Shown in pieces: positions 59,535 through 64,000 of a stretch of 64,000 bases of DNA. The translations under genes and the position numbers were made by a program. The notes below the pieces were generated by a model, which searched no databases, was not told where the DNA came from, and saw only the letters and a program-made list of their open reading frames with translations. The first letter of the stretch is position 1, and each line of letters begins with the position of its first letter. Origin of the DNA: Gammaproteobacteria bacterium (GTDB taxonomy: Bacteria > Pseudomonadota > Gammaproteobacteria > Steroidobacterales > JABDKV01); the NCBI GenBank assembly GCA_013003425.1, contig JABDJB010000094.1:6635-70634 (forward strand), given 5' to 3'.

Positions 59535-61361
59535 ATGCAGGACACTGTCACGACCGCCGGCGGCGGCGTAATACCACACGGCGAGAACGAGCTATTTGGC
59601 CATCCCAAGGGGCTGTACGTTTGTTTCGCAACCGAGCTGTGGGAGCGCTTCTCATTTTACGGCATGAAGTACCTGCTGCTGTTGTACCTCACCAAGTACC
59701 ATCTGTTCAGCGACGCCGACGGGCTGAATGTGCTTGGCTCCTACGCCGGGCTGGTTTATGCGCTGCCGGTAATTGGCGGGCTGCTCGCTGACCGTTATCT
59801 GGGTTTCAGGAAAGCCGTGGTGCTCGGCGGCATCATGCTGTCACTCGGTCACGTGCTCATGGCCGTGGAGGGGCACCAGGCAGTTAACTATGTAGCTGGT
59901 ACTGTCTTGTCAGCGGATCTGGCGCTGGCTGATGGCAGTATTCTGGCAGCCGGTACCGTTCTCGCGGAAGATATCGTCAAGCGCGACCTGGCGGCGCTGA
60001 ATGTGTTTTACATGGCGCTGGCGCTGATCGTGATCGGCGTTGGTTTCCTCAAGCCCAATATTTCAACAATTGTCGGGCGGCTGTATGAAAAGAACGATCC
60101 GCGTCGCGATGCGGGTTTCACCATTTTCTATATGGGTATCAACATAGGTTCGTTTGTAGCCACGCTTCTGTGTGGCTGGCTTGGCGAAACCTACGGCTGG
60201 AAATACGGCTTTGGCGCCGCCGGTATCGGCATGATCGTTGGGCTGTTTACCTTCCTCTACGGCCAGAAGTACCTGTACGGCCATGCCGAGCCGGCAGAGC
60301 CCGCACGACTGAAAGAATCAGCTCTCGGTCCGATCAACAAGGAGTGGGCGATTTACATCGGCGCCGTGTTGTCACTGGCGGTTGTGTGGTTCCTGGTGCA
60401 AAGCGTGCACGTTGTGCATGCGGCCCAGAACAGTCTTTTGATTGTTGCCATCGTCGGCCTCATCCTGCATGCAATGATGCATCAGCTCGGTGACTTTGCC
60501 GACAACAAGGCCACAATGCTTGCAGGTGCTACGGTGCTGTTGGGGCTGACCTGGGCGCTACTCGGCGGGTTCGAGCAAACCCTGTTTTTTGCCAACACCG
60601 ACGCCTGGCTGGGTTTGATGCTGCTCGGCCTGGTCGCGTTTGTCACTTACGGGTTTGTGGCCCACAAGTCCGTGGAGTATTCGCAGACCGTCGTGTTGAT
60701 GGTGCTGATCGTCTCGACCATCGTGTTCTGGGCATTGTTTGAGCAGTCTGCGGCCAGCATGACGCTTTATGCCGACCGGGTGGTCGACCGCGAAGTGGGT
60801 GGGTTTACCATTACCGCTGCCCAGTTCGGTTCGCTGAACGCCGGGTTTATCATGCTGCTGGCAATACCATTCGCAACCTTGTGGGTGTGGCTGGCCAAGC
60901 ACAACATGGAGCCGTCCACACCGGTCAAGTTTTCGCTTGGTATTATCCAGGTAGGGTTGGGTTTTGGTGCGCTGGTGCTGGGCGCCGGTTTCCCGGACCA
61001 GGCCGGCAAGGTCGCCGCGATCTGGCTGGTTCTGGCATACCTGCTGCACACTACGGGTGAGCTGTGCCTGTCGCCGGTGGGGCTGTCTGCCGTCACCAAG
61101 CTGTCGATTGGCAGCGTGGTTGGTGTGAGTATGGGCACCTGGTTTCTGGCCACCGCGCTGTCGGAAACCCTCGCCACCCAGGTTGCCAAGGCAGCCGCGC
61201 TGGATACTTCCGGCACCGGCGGACAGGCGACTGATGTGGCCAGCGCGCTGGCATCCTACACCGAGCTGTTTACTTTCCTGATGTGGCTCGGCATTGGTGT
61301 CGGAATTTTCATGCTGGTGATCTCGCCCTTGCTGCGTAAGGGCATGCACGACGTTCACTGA
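59535..61361 (+). CDS. POT/PTR family proton-dependent oligopeptide transporter
   Basis: FGHPKGL...TELWERFSFYGM (ExxERFxYY-like), GLLADRYLG, KPNISTIVG, FYMGINIG, GELCLSPVGLS. Confidence 0.95.
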   Translation: MQDTVTTAGGGVIPHGENELFGHPKGLYVCFATELWERFSFYGMKYLLLLYLTKYHLFSDADGLNVLGSYAGLVYALPVIGGLLADRYLGFRKAVVLGGIMLSLGHVLMAVEGHQAVNYVAGTVLSADLALADGSILAAGTVLAEDIVKRDLAALNVFYMALALIVIGVGFLKPNISTIVGRLYEKNDPRRDAGFTIFYMGINIGSFVATLLCGWLGETYGWKYGFGAAGIGMIVGLFTFLYGQKYLYGHAEPAEPARLKESALGPINKEWAIYIGAVLSLAVVWFLVQSVHVVHAAQNSLLIVAIVGLILHAMMHQLGDFADNKATMLAGATVLLGLTWALLGGFEQTLFFANTDAWLGLMLLGLVAFVTYGFVAHKSVEYSQTVVLMVLIVSTIVFWALFEQSAASMTLYADRVVDREVGGFTITAAQFGSLNAGFIMLLAIPFATLWVWLAKHNMEPSTPVKFSLGIIQVGLGFGALVLGAGFPDQAGKVAAIWLVLAYLLHTTGELCLSPVGLSAVTKLSIGSVVGVSMGTWFLATALSETLATQVAKAAALDTSGTGGQATDVASALASYTELFTFLMWLGIGVGIFMLVISPLLRKGMHDVH

Positions 61362-61422
61362 GCTTAAGTCTCGGGACTCACTAATGCGGCCGCAATGGCT
61401 GTCGCAGAAAAGAGAATTGCAT

Positions 61423-63288
61423 ATGAAAAAAGCGAAACGTAGTTATCTCCTGGTGGCCTGCCTGTTGGCGGCCTGCAGCAGCGACGAACAACCAAAACCG
61501 CAAGTCGATGCAGCGGCGCAGGTAAAGGCCGCTGCCGATGCGGCCCGGGAAGATGGCGTAAGCGCCAACGATGCGCGCGATTTTGTCACTGATTACAACG
61601 CTCAGGTAAAGGAGCGGCGCCAGGAAACGTCGCGTCTGGCCTGGGTGCAGGCAACCTACATTACCCCGGACACCGAATGGCTCAACGCACGAGCGACAGA
61701 AGAAACGCTCGCATTCAACAGTGCAATGATCGAACGAGCGAAGGCTTTTAAAGACGTTGCGCTCGACGATGAGACTGCCCGCGCGATTAACCTGATAAAG
61801 CTGGGCTCGTCGATGCCGGCGCCCGATGATGAGGTCAAAAGAAAAGAACTGGCCGAAGTTGCCCAGCGCATGAGTTCAACCTACTCCAGGGGCCAGTTTT
61901 GCCCCGATGGCGAAGCATCATGCAGCAAGCTGGAAGACCTGGTTCAGCTGATGGCAACCAGCCGTGATTTTGATCAACTCGCCACGACCTGGGTCGGTTG
62001 GCGCACAATCTCGCCGCCGATTCGGGCCGACTACCAGCGTTTTGCCGAGTTGACCAACGAAGGCGCCGGCGAGCTGGGGTATGACAATCTCGGCGCCATG
62101 TGGCGTTCCGGGTACGACATGAGTGCCGACGAATTCGAGCAGGAAATCGAGCGCCTGTGGCAGCAGGTCAAGCCGCTCTATGACCAGCTGCACTGCTACG
62201 TGCGGGCGGAGCTGGGCGAGTTTTACGGTGTGGACAAGGTGCCGCAGGACCAGCCGATCCCGGCGCACCTGCTGGGCAACATGTGGTCGCAGAACTGGGG
62301 CAACATCTATCCGCTGGTCGAGCCCTATGCCGGGGTGGCCAACCTCGATGTCGACGCTGCCATGCAGGCCAAAGGCTACACAGTCGAAAAAATGGTGCGC
62401 CAGGCAGAAGATTTTTATACCTCGCTCGGCATGCCGGCGTTGCCGGATACATTCTGGGAACGCTCCATGTTTACCCGGCCGCGCGATCGCGAAGTGGTTT
62501 GCCACGCCAGTGCCTGGCCGATGGACGGCGATGACGATGTGCGTATAAAAATGTGCACACGCATCAACGAAGAGGATCTGCGCACGGTTTTCCACGAGCT
62601 GGGCCACGTGTATTACTTCCTGGCCTACCAGGACCTGCCCGAGGTCTATCATGGTGGCGCGCATGACGGCTTCCACGAGGCGGTCGGGGACACCGTAAAC
62701 CTGTCGATGACGCCGGCATTCCTGCAGGAGATCGGGCTGGTCGACAGCTATGATGTCGACGAGAAAGCGCTGATCAATCAACAGATGAAGGCGGCACTGG
62801 ATCGCATCGCATTCCTGCCGTGGGCAAAACTGGTCGACCAGTGGCGCTGGGACGTGTTTGCCGGCAAGACCGCGCCGGAAGATTACAACAAGGACTGGTG
62901 GTCTTTGCGTACTCAGTACCAGGGCATCGTACCGCCGGTCGAGCGCAACGAGGAAGACTTCGATCCCGGCGCCAAGTACCACATACCTGGCAACACACCG
63001 TACACGCGGTACTTCTTGTCATTCATTTTGCAGTATCAGTTTCAGCGCGCGCTTTGTGAGCAGGCTGGCATTGACGGCCCGCTGCACGAGTGCTCGGTTT
63101 ACGGTAGCGCCGAGGCCGGTGAGAACTTCTGGAAGATGCTCGGTATGGGGCAAAACCGCCCGTGGCGCGACGCCCTCGAGGCGTTGACCGGCTCGCGTGA
63201 AATGGATGCCACAGCAATCATTGACTATTTTGCGCCGCTGATGACATGGCTCGAGGAAAAGAACGCGCCGCGCCAGTGCGGCTGGTAG
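61423..63288 (+). CDS. M2 family peptidyl-dipeptidase (ACE-like), lipoprotein
   Basis: Lipobox LAAC from ATG 61423, IPAHLLGNMWSQ.W, VVCHASAW, FHELGHVYY, GFHEAVGD, FDPGAKYHIP..TPY.RYF. Confidence 0.95.
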   Translation: MKKAKRSYLLVACLLAACSSDEQPKPQVDAAAQVKAAADAAREDGVSANDARDFVTDYNAQVKERRQETSRLAWVQATYITPDTEWLNARATEETLAFNSAMIERAKAFKDVALDDETARAINLIKLGSSMPAPDDEVKRKELAEVAQRMSSTYSRGQFCPDGEASCSKLEDLVQLMATSRDFDQLATTWVGWRTISPPIRADYQRFAELTNEGAGELGYDNLGAMWRSGYDMSADEFEQEIERLWQQVKPLYDQLHCYVRAELGEFYGVDKVPQDQPIPAHLLGNMWSQNWGNIYPLVEPYAGVANLDVDAAMQAKGYTVEKMVRQAEDFYTSLGMPALPDTFWERSMFTRPRDREVVCHASAWPMDGDDDVRIKMCTRINEEDLRTVFHELGHVYYFLAYQDLPEVYHGGAHDGFHEAVGDTVNLSMTPAFLQEIGLVDSYDVDEKALINQQMKAALDRIAFLPWAKLVDQWRWDVFAGKTAPEDYNKDWWSLRTQYQGIVPPVERNEEDFDPGAKYHIPGNTPYTRYFLSFILQYQFQRALCEQAGIDGPLHECSVYGSAEAGENFWKMLGMGQNRPWRDALEALTGSREMDATAIIDYFAPLMTWLEEKNAPRQCGW

Positions 63289-63365
63289 GAGCGGCTCAGC
63301 CGTGCGTCGCGGCTGATTGGGGATAGCAGGGTGAAAGGAGTCGACCGGCTGCGCCGGTCGACGAT
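63285..63365. repeat. GTAG REP plus dispersed GTCGACCGG hairpin
   Basis: GTAGGAGCGGCTCAGCCG... whose TAG is the M2 stop; hairpin 63340-63362 homologous to 28633-28657. Confidence 0.65.
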
Positions 63366-63397
63366 AGTTCATTGCCGCAGGTCGCACCCGCAGGAAA

Positions 63398-64000
<603 letters not shown>

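Overview
High-GC Gammaproteobacterial core-genome segment. A Woeseiales/Steroidobacterales-like lineage is only my inference from gene content. Left arm (mostly minus strand): pilMNOPQ plus a 5-Ig-domain lipoprotein, aroK-aroB-dgt, and pyrF-hemE, divergent from mrcA. Centre: rpmE, a DnaA-box-bearing intergenic region, PP2C-rph-rdgB-hemW, then yicC-gmk-rpoZ-spoT-ridA-recG, ubiCA, a BON-LysM gene, comF and bioC. Next comes an aa3-type cytochrome c oxidase cluster interrupted by a Calx-beta gene cassette, followed by uvrD, trkAH, a split TRAP system with nhaA, dtd-tatABC, and a peptide-scavenging block (S9-like propeller, M16, POT transporter, ACE-like M2) plus a partial abgT. I saw no tRNA, rRNA, CRISPR array or transposase. 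The most interesting signals are non-coding: (1) a tandem, covarying GNRA-hairpin RNA motif ending in U10 in the leader of the Calx-beta gene; (2) a candidate ~116-nt Csr/Rsm-type sRNA with a GacA-box-like palindrome; (3) a DnaA-box cluster at the gene-orientation switch; (4) several REP/MITE-like repeat families. Coordinates were read by eye, and several start codons were moved from the ORF track to more plausible positions.
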